A stretch of 64,000 nucleotides of DNA from the human T2T-CHM13v2.0 reference genome, Homo sapiens (GCF_009914755.1 NC_060947.1), one strand, 5' to 3'; positions 1-18,894 are shown, counted from the stretch's first letter. Notes: a model not told the origin generated them from the letters alone. Translations and numbers: made by a program.

Positions 1-1372
<1,372 letters not shown>

Positions 1373-1682
1373 TAGCTGGGACTACAGGCGTATGCCACCA
1401 CGCCTGGCTAATTTTTTGTATTTTTAGTAGAGATGGGGTTTCACCATGTTAGCCAGGATGGTCTCGATCTCCTGACCTTGTGATCTGCCTGCCTCAGCCT
1501 CCCAAAGTGCTGGGATTATAGGCGTGAGCCACCGCGCCTGGCCACAGAAAAATTCTTTATACTGTATTTGCAACTTTTCTGTAAGTTTAAGACTTTCTTT
1601 TTTTAAAGTTACTAGTAAGAAAGATTATTCAGACTATACCTCCATTAAATAGGAATCTACATTTATAAGAAAAAAATTATGA

Positions 1683-2008
<326 letters not shown>

Positions 2009-2142
2009 GATGTCCTTCTTTTTTTGTGCACTTTAGAATATCATCATCTGTGCAGGTTAAAGAATAAAAGAGCCCTTTCCAGTCACAGAATTCAATGTAT
2101 ATCTGTAGGTATCTATTAGAAAGACTAAAATAATACCAGTAC

Positions 2143-2180
2143 CTCCCAAGCTGTCAAGATCCTCAAGAATCCTGCCAAAT
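2143..2180 (-). CDS. ACOT9: ACOT9 coding exon 6 (FGRILEDLDSLG, hotdog-fold helix); gene continues past the left edge
   Basis: ttatttcacag|ATTTGGCAGG...TTGGGAG|gtactg, 38 nt, phases fit. Confidence 0.93.
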
Positions 2181-2431
2181 CTGTGAAATAAAGCAAACAG
2201 TGAATTAAATGCAAATCATGTTGGTCTCCCTTTAAAAATAAATAACACACTTCAGGGTGATGAAAATGTTCTAAAATTGACTGTGGTGATGGATGCACAA
2301 CTCTCTAAATATATCAAAACCATGGAACTGTACACTTTAAACAGGCGAATTGTATGGTGTGTGAATTATATTTCAAAATTGTTATAAAACAAGGAAATAA
2401 AAACAAATACATAAAAATAGCACTGTGTTAC

Positions 2432-2602
2432 CTTACGGTGTTTTGAACAGTCAAATATTTCTCTCGTAATTCAGGCTCACTGCCCAAAGGCAAGAGAACT
2501 TCAATATAACTGTCCTTCATTCTCCTAGGAGGCAGTCCATCCTGTGATTTAGCCAAGAAACTATGAAGTAATTTCCTTTCTTCCATTGCCTTCACATGGT
2601 CT
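2432..2602 (-). CDS. ACOT9: ACOT9 coding exon 5 (DHVKAMEERK...KYLTVQNTVR)
   Basis: ctttcttctcag|AGAC...GTAAG|gtaaca, 171 nt; peptide visible in ORF 2428..2628. Confidence 0.95.
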
Positions 2603-2809
2603 CTGAGAAGAAAGGATGCAGGATTCATAAAACAAGAGCAGTTCTAGCCCACAATTCCAGTGGTACACAGGCCAGTAAGATACCATCAAAGGAGGAAAAA
2701 GAAGGTCTGGGCCTACTTTCACCTTCTCTTCCTTCCCTCCCTTCCCACCTGCCACTTGGTGAAATTGATCATTTCCGGTATCATTTCTCAAGCTTAAAAA
2801 CATTCTTAA

Positions 2810-3152
<343 letters not shown>

Positions 3153-4787
3153 TCACCCTTATCAAAAAGTTTACTCAAAGACCAGAATATTTGAAATTAA
3201 ATTAAAAATTTAGAGAGATGGACAAAATAGTATATATATATACATATAAATATATATGCTAAAGAATGGCTTGGCCACTCTACTTTATATTCCCATTTCT
3301 CACCTGACAGTTCTCGGATTCTTTGAGCCCCAGTTCTCTCTCTCTCTCTGCCTTCAATTTCAGGAAAGAGAGACAGAGGAGGGAAAATGGACTATATCCA
3401 AAGGAAGTATGGAAGGCAGAACAAAAGGTAAAGAAGAACATAACATGAAAAGGAGACAGAAAGGGAAGAAAAAGAAGAGAAGATTAAGGTGAAAGAGAAA
3501 AGAAAGACAAGGGGATACGGAACGACAATGTTGATAAGAACATTAGCTAAGATGTCTTTCTAAGCTTAACTTATAAAGTATTATTTCCAGAAATGTTTAC
3601 CCTACAAAAACTACAGGAGATAGAGGAATGAGTTAAATGACACCAGTAAATCCAGAATGTGGAACATTCTCAAGACAAATGGCTTGGCCTCCTTAAAGTC
3701 AAGCTCATGGGGGAAGAATAGGGGAAGGACGACTGTCCATTACTCTAGATTAGGGAAGACTAAAGAGTCATAACCACCAGATGCAACATGCAATCCTTTA
3801 TTGGATCTTGATGTTTTTTAAACAGCTATAAAAACATTTTTGTTAAAAGGAGTAATCTATTACACAAAATGGTAACAGTTGAGGAAATGTGACTATGGAT
3901 GAGTAATATACTAGCAAGGAATTGCTGTCAATTTGATTACATGAGAGAATGTCTTATTTGTTGGAGATAAGCGAAGGCTGGTTTTATAAAATGTTTACTG
4001 AAGATGCACGCTGAAGTGTCATGGTGTCTATAATTTACTTAGAAATGGTTCAGGCAATATGTGTATATTGGAAAATTTGGCAAAATATTAATAAGTATGG
4101 AATCCAGGTGGTGGGTACACAGGTATTCATTCTTTCTACCTTTTAGTAAAGTGAAATTTTTCATATAAAGAATTTAAAAATAAGTCATTAGATAATTTCT
4201 ATACCAACAATAGATTATTATATATCTAGTGATCACTCGTGTTTTTTCTATCTCATTTTAGCCTCAAAATTATGTACACCAAGAGGGATATGATCCTACT
4301 TTACAACAAGGAAATACTGTGAGAAAGAGAAAGACAATATGGGAGGCCTGACTAATTTTGAACTGACAAGAAGCAATAAAGGAGTCAAGTTGCATGAAAC
4401 AGAGAAACTTAGCGACTTGGGTTCAAGTCCCAAACCCTGACATTTAATCATTCAATCTCTGAGTTTCAGTTTCATGTGTAAAAAAAGGAACAGGAACATA
4501 TGTCGTAAGCACGTCACAAGTTTTGTTATGAGAATCAGTGAAGTAATATACACCTAAATGCACTTTGAAAATGCAGAATATACGTAAATCATCTTCTTTC
4601 ATGACAATGAGGTGTCATCTGATGAGTATGTTGAAATGTTGACCTTCTCCCCCAAGCAAAATACTTCTCAACCTATCTCTGAACATAGGGCTCCCCATCC
4701 CCACTGTGAGACCATCAACTGAGCCTAAATACAGTGTAGTATAATACCTTGGGGATGAAAAGAATGAATGAAAACAAAGATGCATAC

Positions 4788-4833
4788 CTCCAGTTTGTGG
4801 ATGCTCCTACTATCTCCCGCAACTTATCTCGAA
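4788..4833 (-). CDS. ACOT9: ACOT9 coding exon 4 (VRDKLREIVGASTNWR)
   Basis: tttgtttcag|TTCGA...TGGAG|gtatgc, 46 nt; peptide visible in ORF 4715..4930. Confidence 0.93.
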
Positions 4834-5195
4834 CTGAAACAAAAATAAAGAGGTCATTCCATGAAACAAAGAAATATGAGAAACGGATTATGGCAATGAG
4901 CTCAAGAACTACAAAAAGCAATTCATGCACTCAAAAGATTTAAAGATCCATAGATTTCCATTTAATGCCACAACAAACAGCTCAGGGACAGGATCAAGCC
5001 TCTGCTCCCTAAAAACCTGAAAGAACTATACTGTCTCTTTAAAGGTGCACAAATGAATACCTTTGTGCCAATCACTAGGGTTTATATAAACAAACAAAAA
5101 AGGATAACTTCAATTATTCACTTAATGGGGCTGTATCAGTGTTAGCCAGTAAGAGCCATTATGATGGAGATATGAACAGGATTCCCACCTATCTT

Positions 5196-5716
<521 letters not shown>

Positions 5717-5956
5717 TAGTTCAGAGACTAATACTAATATCCAAATCTGAGTCTCATTATAATTAATTTCTCATATATTTATAGTCTCCTGGTTGTTAGA
5801 AAAGTTTAAGCCAGAAAAATGAAGCAAAGACTTACATCAAGCTAAGGCAAAGAATGCAATTTTAGTTAATGCCACTGCCCAAAAGTGCAAGCGTATATTA
5901 GTGCTTACAAAATTTAAGCTCTTAAAAGAAAAGCTGATACTAATTACCACACACAC

Positions 5957-5983
5957 CATGATTCACATGTATAGATGAACATG
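5957..5983 (-). CDS. ACOT9: ACOT9 27-nt cassette exon 3 (ACSSIHVNH)
   Basis: ttcatatag|CATGTTCATCTATACATGTGAATCATG|gtgtgt; frame-preserving; matches the 9-aa insert I recall in the longer isoform. Confidence 0.85.
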
Positions 5984-6365
5984 CTATATGAATAAAGGGA
6001 AAATCAATTAGAGAACCAGCAATAATTCAAAACTAAAAGATAAATCTGTAGTATTTCAAATACTGTGTTGAGTTTATGTGTTTTTCCTAGCACTTCAAAA
6101 TATACATTCCAGTTATAGGAAATTAACTATAGCAATCCTCAGTCCTTCAATAACTAACTGATCAAAACCAAATATAATTTATATGAACATGCATTTTAAC
6201 TTTCATGAAAAATGGTTGATTTTTCTATCAAACAATTTTGGATACACCATAAATTTGATGTATAATTACAACTAAATGTTAGAGAACTGCAAACAACAAC
6301 CATTAGTAACTTAGTCTTATTTCTGATTTTTTCCTCCTAAGTTCCTTGAATAAAAGAATGGATGG

Positions 6366-6882
6366 GGCCGAGGTGGGTGAATCATGAGGTCAGGAGTTCA
6401 AGACCAGCCTGGCCAAGATGGTGAAACCCCGTCTCTACTAAAAATACAAAGATTAGCCTGGCATGGTGGGCACCTGTAATCCCAGCTACTCAGGAGGCTG
6501 AGGCAGAGAATCACTTGAACCTGGGAGGCGGAGGTTGCAGTGAGCCAAGATCCCACCACTGCACTCCAGCCTATGCGACAGAGTGAGACTTCATCTCAAA
6601 AAAAAAAAAAAAAAAAAGGCTCACACCTGTAATCCCAGCACTTTGGGAGGCCAAGACAGGCAGATTACTTGAGGCCAGGAGTTCAAGACCAGCCTGGCCA
6701 ACGTGGCGAAACTCCATCGCTCCTAAAAATACAAAAATTAGTTGGGCGTGGTGGAGCATGCCTGTAATCCTAGCTACTAGGGAGGCAGAGGTTGCAGTGA
6801 GCCGAGATCCTGCCACTGCACTCCAGCCTGGGTGACAGAGCAAGACTCCATCCCAAAAAAAAAAAAAAAAAAAAAAAAAAAA
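6366..6882 (+). mobile_element. Two tandem Alus in ACOT9 intron 2
   Basis: Two Alu bodies with A-tails; aaaagaatgga on both flanks. Confidence 0.9.
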
Positions 6883-7530
6883 GAATGGACAGAAAGTACC
6901 TCAAATAGTACATGGACTACTGATGCTCACTGACATAAAATAATTACTACTAGCTTAATCAGTGTAAGAAGAGAGGCAAGTATTGAGGGCCAAGAAGGAA
7001 AAACTTTTTAATTTTACTTACATATATATTTATATACACACATAATATAAATTTATTTGGACCCTTTAAAGAAGCCGCAATTTTAATTATAACGAATACT
7101 CCTAGTTTAATAAAGACAATCCATAGTTTACGTATCATATTGGTAATTGAAATTAACTTTAATTAAGCATGGACTAACAGGATCCCTCGAACATAACTAT
7201 GGACTAGGAGTGTTTACTTGATACAACTAATGGGCCCATCTCTTTTTTTCCATGCCTTCAGAACCTACACACAGGAAGTGGAAATCACCTAACTAAAAGA
7301 GCTCAGTCCTCAAGGCTCCCAGGAACAATAGTTCAAAATCTGAATGTGACTTCTATCTGAAGCTATTAATATTATGCAGCTATCCTGGTCATTTTGTCAA
7401 TGAAATGTTTATGAAAGATCTACCTTTAATATGCCTCATTTGCTCTAAACTATCACTCTATATACCTTTCAAATAAAAGTAAAACAAGGTTTTTCACCAC
7501 ATAGGCATCAAACAGAGACACCATGCTTGC

Positions 7531-7628
7531 CTTCATGAATGTGGAAGATTCCCTGTTTCTTGGGGTTCTGGGGTCCTTGAGTCAGTCCTCTTCCAGGAGT
7601 AAGCTGCCCTTTGCCCAAGGCACAAAGC
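7531..7628 (-). CDS. ACOT9: ACOT9 coding exon 2 (LCALGKGQLTPGRGLTQGPQNPKKQGIFHIHE)
   Basis: Acceptor ttgttttatag|G, 98-nt open frame, non-canonical donor AAG|GCAAGC. Peptide matches the ACOT9 N-terminus as I recall it. Confidence 0.92.
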
Positions 7629-8578
7629 CTATAAAACAAGATAAAACACAGAGCAGATCCCACAGCTTCTTCCCTGGCAACCCTAAAGACCTACCCTCCT
7701 CCCAGAGTATCTGGCCATATCACCCTTAGTATATATTGTCTTGTAGGAGTCTGTAGCTGTTTCACAAGTATATGTATGTTTTCATGAGGCTATTCCATAA
7801 ATCATCTCTCCCACTAGAGTAAACATTTCTTGAGAGCAGAGACCAATTAGGTAATTATCTACAAAATAAATAAAAGACGGCAACTAGGTTTAATGCATTT
7901 ATTATTGGTCTTTCTATTTTATTAGTTTCAGAAGTCCATAATCGATTTAGTAAACAACTGAGCAAACTCATTATGAACAATTTATTCTGTTCTTTATTAT
8001 CACACCATATTTCCTCAATAAATAAGATAAACCCAATTATAAAGTAAACTTTGAAAATTGAATTAGCCCTTTCCAGATGCAAAGAAAGTATTTATTTAAC
8101 TTACGCAGAAATTTTCTAGAGTCCCAACACAATAAAATAAAAGCTATCTACTGGCCACGGTGGCACAGGCCTGTAATCCCAGCACTTTGGGAGGCTGAGG
8201 CAGGTAGACAGGTTGAGCCCAGGAGTTCAAGACCAGCCTGGGCAACATGGCAAAACCCCATCTCTACAAAAAATACAAAAATTAGCCGGGCGTGGTGGCA
8301 TGCACCTGTGGTCCCAGCTACTCAAGAGGCTCAGATGGGAGGATCACTTGAACCCAGGAGGTCGAGGCTGCAGTGAGCCAAGATTGTACCACTGCACTCC
8401 AGCCTAGGCAACAGAGTGAGACCCTGCTTCAAAAAAATAAAAAATAAAAGCTGTCTACCTAAATGTGCCTAACCTACTCTCCCAAAATAAGTTGATTTTG
8501 GTTCATTATTGCTTAAGCATTGACTCCTAATCACACAATATTATGTCAGGGGTAGCACACAGGCAATATCACAGATTA

Positions 8579-8995
<417 letters not shown>

Positions 8996-9423
8996 TCAAT
9001 TTACTAGTAAATTCTCACCACCTAATGTGGGAATAAGCAATGACTAACAACAAAAAAAAGAGATATTTTTAGTTTTCTTTACAGACCAAGCTACTATAGG
9101 TTTCTCTTCTGAATGACAGCATTCAGAGAAAGCCTCTCAGTATTTACAGTATTCTGTAAAATCTACATGCAGTTTTGACACTGTGCTGTTAGAACAAATC
9201 CTTATCCTTTCACCAAGTCAAATCATCTAATTGCACAGAACACAGAAATATGAGCACATACTCATTGGCTAATTGAACTTCTTAGTCACCAGTCATCTTA
9301 TTTGGTTGCAATACAATCCCTGCTGGTCCACTAAGACCAAAATTCTTGCTGGAGGGTTTGGGGTTTTGGATCTGTTTATTCTTCAATCACACAGCTAACA
9401 AGCCTCTCTCTTAAATATTTTAG

Positions 9424-9686
<263 letters not shown>

Positions 9687-9703
9687 TAGCCAGGATGGTC
9701 TCA

Positions 9704-9877
<174 letters not shown>

Positions 9878-9918
9878 TCATATGCCTTACTGAAGGAAAC
9901 AGAGTAAGTATTCCTTCA

Positions 9919-10281
<363 letters not shown>

Positions 10282-10559
10282 CTAATCCTTTCTATTGCTA
10301 CCATTAGCTGAAAGAGCAAAAAAATCATGACCCCCAACACATTAATAGCAACTATAATAGATACGTTAAATGTATCCAACATAAGAAATGGGATCTGATT
10401 CTGAATGGCTAAATACCCTGAATACACATCACTAACAGGAGCTATATAACCAGTCTCACATACCTGAATAAATACACATATACACAGAAATTGTTTTATT
10501 ACACTAAGAAGCAGCATTTTCTGAAGAGGGATGAAAATCATTCCATCCTGTTTGTGTGA

Positions 10560-11020
<461 letters not shown>

Positions 11021-11663
11021 TGAAGGGCACGTCTAGAAGAGCATGTCTAATATACTGACAAGTCCTCAAAAATCTCTAGCTATCATTATTCCAGAAAGTC
11101 ATGCTTCTCCAAAGTCTCCCCTAAAGATCAAAAAGAACCAGGCTGGGCACAATGGCTCACGCCTGTAATCCCAGCACTTTGAGAGGCCAACGCGGGAGGA
11201 TCACTTGAGACCAGTGTGGGCAACATAGGGAGATCCCGTTTCTACAAAAAAATTTTAAAATATTAGTCAGGCGTAGTGGTGCACACTTGTGGTCACAGCT
11301 ACTCAGGAGGCTGAGGTGGGAGGATCACTTGAGCCCCGGGGAGGTCGAGGCTGCAGTGAGCCGTGATCGCACCACTGCACTCCAGCCTGGGTAAAAGAGC
11401 AAGACTCTGTCTCCAAAAAAAAAGGAAAGATAGCCTAAGCCAGGCACTATCACGGACCACTGCCAAACATAGAATCAAATGAGGAGAGAAAAGAAGGGAG
11501 TTAATGAATATAGAGAAACACTTGGGCCAATTTATTTGGAAAATTGTAGTCCTAGAGCCCCATTGCTTTGCATGCTGCCTTAAAAAATTTGGAAATACAT
11601 TCCTGTGGCAAAACAAAGGCATAATTGGAACACTTTTTAAAAAAATGTTGCTTATACCAATAG

Positions 11664-12065
<402 letters not shown>

Positions 12066-12334
12066 TGATAATCTGATGGAAACTGTGGATCTCGAGAGGG
12101 CGTGGGAAGGGTTGGAATACATTTTTGCTCACACACACAATGGTATATACTATTTCAGGAGGTGCACAGACCCTTTTTGTACCCTCAGATCCCCCTATAT
12201 TTGAAGATTCTGATTCAAACCAACCTCCTTAAGAAACTGAGGCCCCAGTTTCAGACGACTTTCCCCCAGTGCCAGTCAACAGGCACACCAGCAGAGTCCA
12301 GATAGAGCCCAGTTCTTCCGATCTCCCCCAATAC

Positions 12335-12361
12335 ATACACACACACACACACACACACACC
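12335..12361. repeat. (CA)n microsatellite
   Basis: Seen directly. Confidence 0.95.
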
Positions 12362-12573
12362 GCACTGAGGTGGAGGAGGTGGGAGAATGGTTTTAATCAA
12401 TACTCAACACTTCAGTACCTCAGGGTTACTGGCTTATCTCCTGATAAGCCCTCAGGAGTCTTACTTATAGCAAAACCTCTAGGCCTTTACTGTGGAGAGG
12501 CCTTTGCAACACTCAAATCCCAGGACCTTGTAACTGAACCTTTCCAATCAAAGGAGATCAAGAAACTCAAGGC

Positions 12574-12968
12574 GGGGGGAGTGGGGAGGGACAGCATTAG
12601 GAGATATACCTAATGCTAAATGACGAGTTAATGGGTGCAGCACACCAGCATGGCACATGTATACATATGTAACTAACCTGCACATTGTGCACATGTACCC
12701 TAAACTTAAAGTATAATAATAATAATAATAAAAAGATGACTATTACAAAAAGACAAAAGATAACAAGTGTTGGTGAGGATGTAGAGAAAAGGGAACCCTC
12801 GTACACTATTGGTGAAAATGTAAACTGGTACAGCCATTTTGAAAAATAATGAGGCAGTTCCTCCAAAAATTAAAAATATAACTACCATATGATCCAGCAA
12901 TTTCTCTTCTGGACATATATCCCAAAGAAATAAAAAAAGTATTTCAAAGAGAAAAAAAAAAAAAAAAA
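12574..12968 (+). mobile_element. 5'-truncated L1PA (about L1PA3) 3' end with ~215-nt 3' transduction and poly(A)
   Basis: Typical L1PA 3' UTR end at 12574-12734, older L1M-like sequence to 12951, A-tail, and TSD aaactcaaggc at 12563-12573 and 12966-12976. Confidence 0.8.
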
Positions 12969-13801
12969 CTCAAGGCCTCCATGGCCTACCTGGGGAGTCA
13001 CATAACTCACCCTGGCTCAGCCCTGGGTCCCAAGCTTACAGCAGTTGGCAAGGAAGAGTGTTCAGTGCAATAACAGGCAATATCACTCATATGCCCTCCA
13101 CTCTGAGGAAATAACCTCTATTTAGAGACTAAACAAAGGTGCCTCTTGCAAGTCTAAAAAAGAAAAGAAGCTACAAAGGTTGCCCACCAGTCAAAGAACC
13201 TAATCATCTCAGTCTATATTCATTTGTGAACTCCTCCTCTCACTAGACACTAAGAGATTATCCGCTTAAGGTTCAATAGTTTTTTGTTTGAGACAGAATC
13301 TCACTGTGTTGCCCAGGCTGGAGTGCAGGGGCGCGATCTCAGCTCACTGCAACCTCTGCCTTCCGGTTCAGGCGATTCTCCTGCCTCAGCCTCCAAAGTA
13401 GCTGTGACTACAGACATGCACCACCACTCCCGGCTAATTTTTGTATTTTTAATAGAGACGGGGTTTCACCATGTTGGCCAGGCTGGTCTCGAACTCCTGG
13501 CCTCAAGTGATCCATCCACCTCAGCATCCCAAAACGCTGGGACTGCAGTCGTGCACCACCACACCCGGCCTCAATAGAATTTTCAAGAAAGGAACACAGG
13601 GTTATGAGAGAAAGCACCTGAACAAGACCATGGAGCTTTTGTAGAAGACCTTTCACATTGCAAGCTAAAGTCAACTGTGGCCCCTCTCATAATGACTTTC
13701 AGTCTGCCTTCAAATAGTTTAACAAAGGTTTTTTGTTTGTTTTTAAGTACTATAAACAAGACAGAACCCTTACAACTGATAACAAAGTCCCCAGGAACAG
13801 T

Positions 13802-13805
<4 letters not shown>

Positions 13806-13853
<48 letters not shown>

Positions 13854-13863
13854 GAGAGAGAGA
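13806..13863. repeat. (GA)n microsatellite
   Basis: Seen directly, about 0.9 kb into ACOT9 intron 1. Confidence 0.95.
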
Positions 13864-14399
13864 TAGATCCAGGACCCCCAAGAGAATTGATGGGGTTAAT
13901 GTGAGTCAAAAGCACTATGAGTCACATCAGGGGGACAGGCCCACTGGCAGCGAGATAACTTCAGAAACTGGAGCAGGTGTGAGCCCCCTGGGATGCAGCC
14001 AGGCAGAAAACTTGGAAAGGGTGGCATGCTCGGGTGAAAGGGATTAGGGAGAGCTAGACACGCTCTGGAGTCTAAGGCCCTCAGGCCTTAACTGTGCCAG
14101 CTGGGAAGATTACATATACAAAAAGGCATCCTCCCTTACCCACGTGGCCCAATCAAAGCACCCAGCCTCTTATAAGGGCTTTGCGGCTCATTAAAGTTAA
14201 GTTCAAATTGGCACCAGGGTCCTAGACGCACAGTCCTAGGGTCCTGGGAGCCAAAAGGTACCCTGTAATCTCTGCCAATGTTACAACAAACTTAAGTAAG
14301 AGCCGAAGTAGGTCAAGCATTTAATCCTAAAAATGTTCTCCAAAGGAAGATGAAGGGCTAGAGGTAACATAGAACTCCAAATATTATCTTTCTGACAAG

Positions 14400-15150
14400 G
14401 GGCTACCCCGACGCGGCTACCAACCACACCCCGGATGAGCAAGGCCAAAGGAATTTTAGGGAACACCCAACTTCCTCCCTTAAAAGTGCTGCTTTGCTTT
14501 TAATATCAAACTCAGTGCTAGAAGTCGCCAAAGTGGGGGCGAGGTTCTCCCAACCAAAGGCCGGCGGGCTTATGTCCGGTCGGAGGTACAGTGGGCGAGC
14601 GCCCCTTATCATCGAGCCCAAATGCCCATGCGTGGCCCACTTCTTCCGCCGGGGCCAGCCCGAAGCTCTAGGGGAAGACGATGGCACCCCAGGCTACCGC
14701 CCTGCCAGCCCCTTCCACGCCCCGCCACCTACCGCAGTGCTGCCCGCCTCATTGCGCTAGGCTGCCGTGCGCGCGATGGAGAACCGGGCCCCGCGCGCTA
14801 GTCGGCGGAGGGAAACTGAGGCGATAAAAGACGCACGAGTACCAGACCGCGCCCTTGCTGAGGACAGCCCGGGAGCCGGACAGCGGTGTCCGGGGGCGGG
14901 ACCGCGGCGTCCAGGGGGCGTGGCCGCGCTGTGCCGGGCGGACCCTACCCGTTCATTGGCGGGAGGCTGGAGTCCGCCTCTGCGGAGCTTCCCACTCAAT
15001 CAGTTGTGCGGGTCGTGTTGCTACAGCTAGGACCGGCCTATTCTCGGTTGAGTAAACGAACCACGCAGCAACGCCAGGGCGTGACGTCGAGAAGAGGCCC
15101 GGCTCTGCCTAGTGGAGCTTGTCTCCTTTATCCTTGATCCCCGCGCCTTG
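14400..15150. promoter_or_regulatory. ACOT9: ACOT9 CpG-island promoter
   Basis: Dense CpG/GC around exon 1; GC box GGGGCGGG at ~14893; ATTGG (CCAAT on minus) at ~14955; CRE-like TGACGTCG at 15082. Confidence 0.85.
14733..14752 (-). CDS. ACOT9: ACOT9 coding exon 1 (MRRAALR..., start of a mitochondrial-type presequence)
   Basis: Minus strand reads ATG AGG CGG GCA GCA CTG CG|GTAGGT inside a CpG island; 20 nt, phase-compatible with the next exon. Confidence 0.93.
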
Positions 15151-15164
15151 GCTCCGTCTGTTCT

Positions 15165-15645
15165 TCCCCTTGGCTGCACATTGGAATCTCCTGGGCAACT
15201 TTCCAAAATACTGATACTTGGCCGGGCGCGGTGGCTCACGCCTGTAATTCCAGCACTTTGGAAGGCCTAGGCGGGCAGATCACCTGAGGTCAGGAGTTCA
15301 AGACCAGCCTGGCCAACATGGCGAAACCCTGTCTCTACTAAAAATTCAAAAATTAGCCAGGCGTGGTGGCAGACGCCTGTAATCCCAGCTACTCGGGGGA
15401 CAGGCACGAGTATCGCTTGAACCTGGGAGGCGGAGGTTGCGGTGAGCCGAGATCGCACCACTACACTTCAGCTTGGGCGACAGAAGGAGACAATGTCTCA
15501 AAAAAAAAAACAACAAAAAACTGATGCTTGAGACCCACTGGCTGGAGATTCTAGTTTAGTCCTGGGTGCGGTCTGGGCTTCGGGATGATGTCTAAAGATG
15601 CCCCCAGGTGATGCTAATGTAACCAAAGGCTAAAAACCACTGACC
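15165..15645. mobile_element. MER5-like DNA transposon relic split by an Alu (15220-15520)
   Basis: ccttggctgcacattggaatctcctggg...ccccaggtgatgctaatgta...aaccactg motifs. Confidence 0.6.
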
Positions 15646-17110
15646 TAACAGGAAAAAATTGTTCCTCTCCTCTTCTCGGCCTGACCCCCAATGTTTGATA
15701 TCTTGGGCGAGCTAGAGAGATTCAAGGCCAGAGAGTTTAAGATTATTTCACCCTACGATCTAATTCTCCATTTCTTTCAACGAATTATTATTGAGCTGTT
15801 TGCATTGTGCCAGGCACTATTGCAGAGGTTGGGGTTGCAAAAAGAAAAAAGGACAAAAATCCCCGCCCTTAAGGGGCTTGCCTCTTGATAAGGAAGGAAA
15901 ACAAATCAACAAACAAGTTAGCAAATAACATGATCTCAAATATGGTAAAGCGGTTTAAAGGGGAAATAAGGTAACGAGTGGGGATCTTTTGAGAATATAA
16001 GCAAGTCTTGCTTTGCCTCTAAATACGGCAATTTCCTAAAAGGCAAGGGCCATATGCTTTTTCGCAATACCCCATACTTAGTAAAAATGTATTGATTTGA
16101 ATTAAGCTAGCTTTCTGTTTTGAATCACTTCATGAGTTACACATGGAGCATGGTCTTCGGCTTTCTCTTTCTACTGAATTTTCCCTGCTTTTATCAATCT
16201 CACATCTGGAAGACTCCCCTTTTAGCCTACAAGGATCTCTCCTTCATTTTTGTTCACATTGTCTTTTCATTTTTGTCACATTGTTCACATTGTTCACAAG
16301 TCACTTTTCAGTGATTGTCTTGTTGGTTTTGGGTCAGCCATATTTCTTTATACTCTACCACACCTAACACAGAGGGCAATAAATATTGTATTGAATTATG
16401 CTATTTTTGTTCTTCTTTTTACTTGAACTTTTCTTTGAAGCAATAGGAGGCTCAGGGAGAAAAAATAAGTACAAGAGAGAATTTTTTGTAAATGGTATAA
16501 TAGGTAGGTACAGTTTATAGTTTTTCCCGCAATCAAGTCGCCTTCCGTCAATTTCCAAATTATAAAGACACATTCTCATCAATATAATAAACACCATCGA
16601 TTTTGGCTGGAACAGCTGAAACCAGGGACTTAATGCCATGCAGATGCCTTCTCTCTATTGCTTATCTTTGCTTTCCTTTGCATACTGGCTTCATTCTTTT
16701 TTCTCTCTATGTAATGACATTCTCCATATGGCAATAGAAGCTCCTGAACTTTACATCTTACAACCACAGCCACACACATACAGACTGACTGAAATTTCTA
16801 CGGCCCAAATACAAAAAAGTTCTGAGAAGAGATTCATTGGTCCAATTTGGATCAGGTACACACTCCTGGACTAGCCAACTGTGGCATCAGGGTAAGGAAC
16901 CCTTGCCCTGACTTACCAGGAACCCCCTCACCCAGACTCATGGCCAGGTACTGGGTCACAATCTACTAACATGGTTATTTCTGTAAGTAACTGTACAGAT
17001 GGGGATACGGAGCACCTTCTTAGAAAAGGAGTACCGAGGCCGGGTGCGGTGGCTCACGTCTGTAATCCCAGAACTTTGGGAGGCTGAGGCGAGTGGATCA
17101 ACTGATGTCA

Positions 17111-17413
<303 letters not shown>

Positions 17414-18033
17414 TCACATCACTTAGCCCACCTACCTTAGTTGTAACTTCAGGGAACCCCTGCTAGACCTAGCCTGCCCAGCATTCATCCACGAGTCTCT
17501 AACTACCTCAATTGGCAGCATGCATAAAATTCTTAAAACAGCTTAGCAACTCTGATTTCTGTGTGTGTTGTTGTTGTCGTCATTATTGTCAAGCATATAT
17601 GCTATACCACATTTTGGATAGCAGAGAAGGAAGGGGAAATGGTCACAAAATCAAAACAGGAAACATACAACAATTGTATAGTGGTGAGAATCACCGTCCT
17701 TAAGTAACAGGTTCTCTACCCAACCTTTTTGTTTCCTGTTATGTTCTATTAGTTCTATTTTAATATGGTCTCAGGATAACAGAGATGGTATCAATTGTGT
17801 AATTAAAAGTTACTTAATCATGCACTGACAGATACATAAGATATTAATGTCGTTATTACAAGTAAAACAATAAAATCAAATAACAAGGCTGGAAAGCAGT
17901 ATCCCAGCACTTTGGGAGGCTGAGGTGGGTGGATTGCTTAAGAACAGGAGCTCAAGACCAGCCTGGTCAACAGAGCAAGACCCCATCTCTACAAAAAAAA
18001 AAAAAATTGTTTAAATCAAACAACAAAACCTAA

Positions 18034-18367
<334 letters not shown>

Positions 18368-18684
18368 TTAGTTCAATCTAGTATTATGAGTGAAAAATAT
18401 CCAGTTACCATCTTTCCTTGGGCTGCTGAATAATATATACTTTTGGATATCTGATTTAGGTAGAAAATGTTCCTGGAAAACTGTCATCAACTTTCAAACA
18501 AAGTGATTCGAACTACGATTTCATTAGGACACAGAAACTTTTTAAAAATATATCTTATTTCCTCAATTATTCAGATTATACAAAAGGATCCACAATAAAG
18601 TTAGGAGGGGAGGGCCAGGCACGGTGGCTCACGCCTGTAATCCTGGCACTTTGAAGCTCGAGGCAGGCAGATCACCTGAGGTCA

Positions 18685-18894
<210 letters not shown>

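Noticed and set aside
14494-15239. ORFs across the ACOT9 promoter suggesting a divergent gene
   Set aside because: GC-rich chance ORFs, mostly with non-ATG starts and no recognisable protein.
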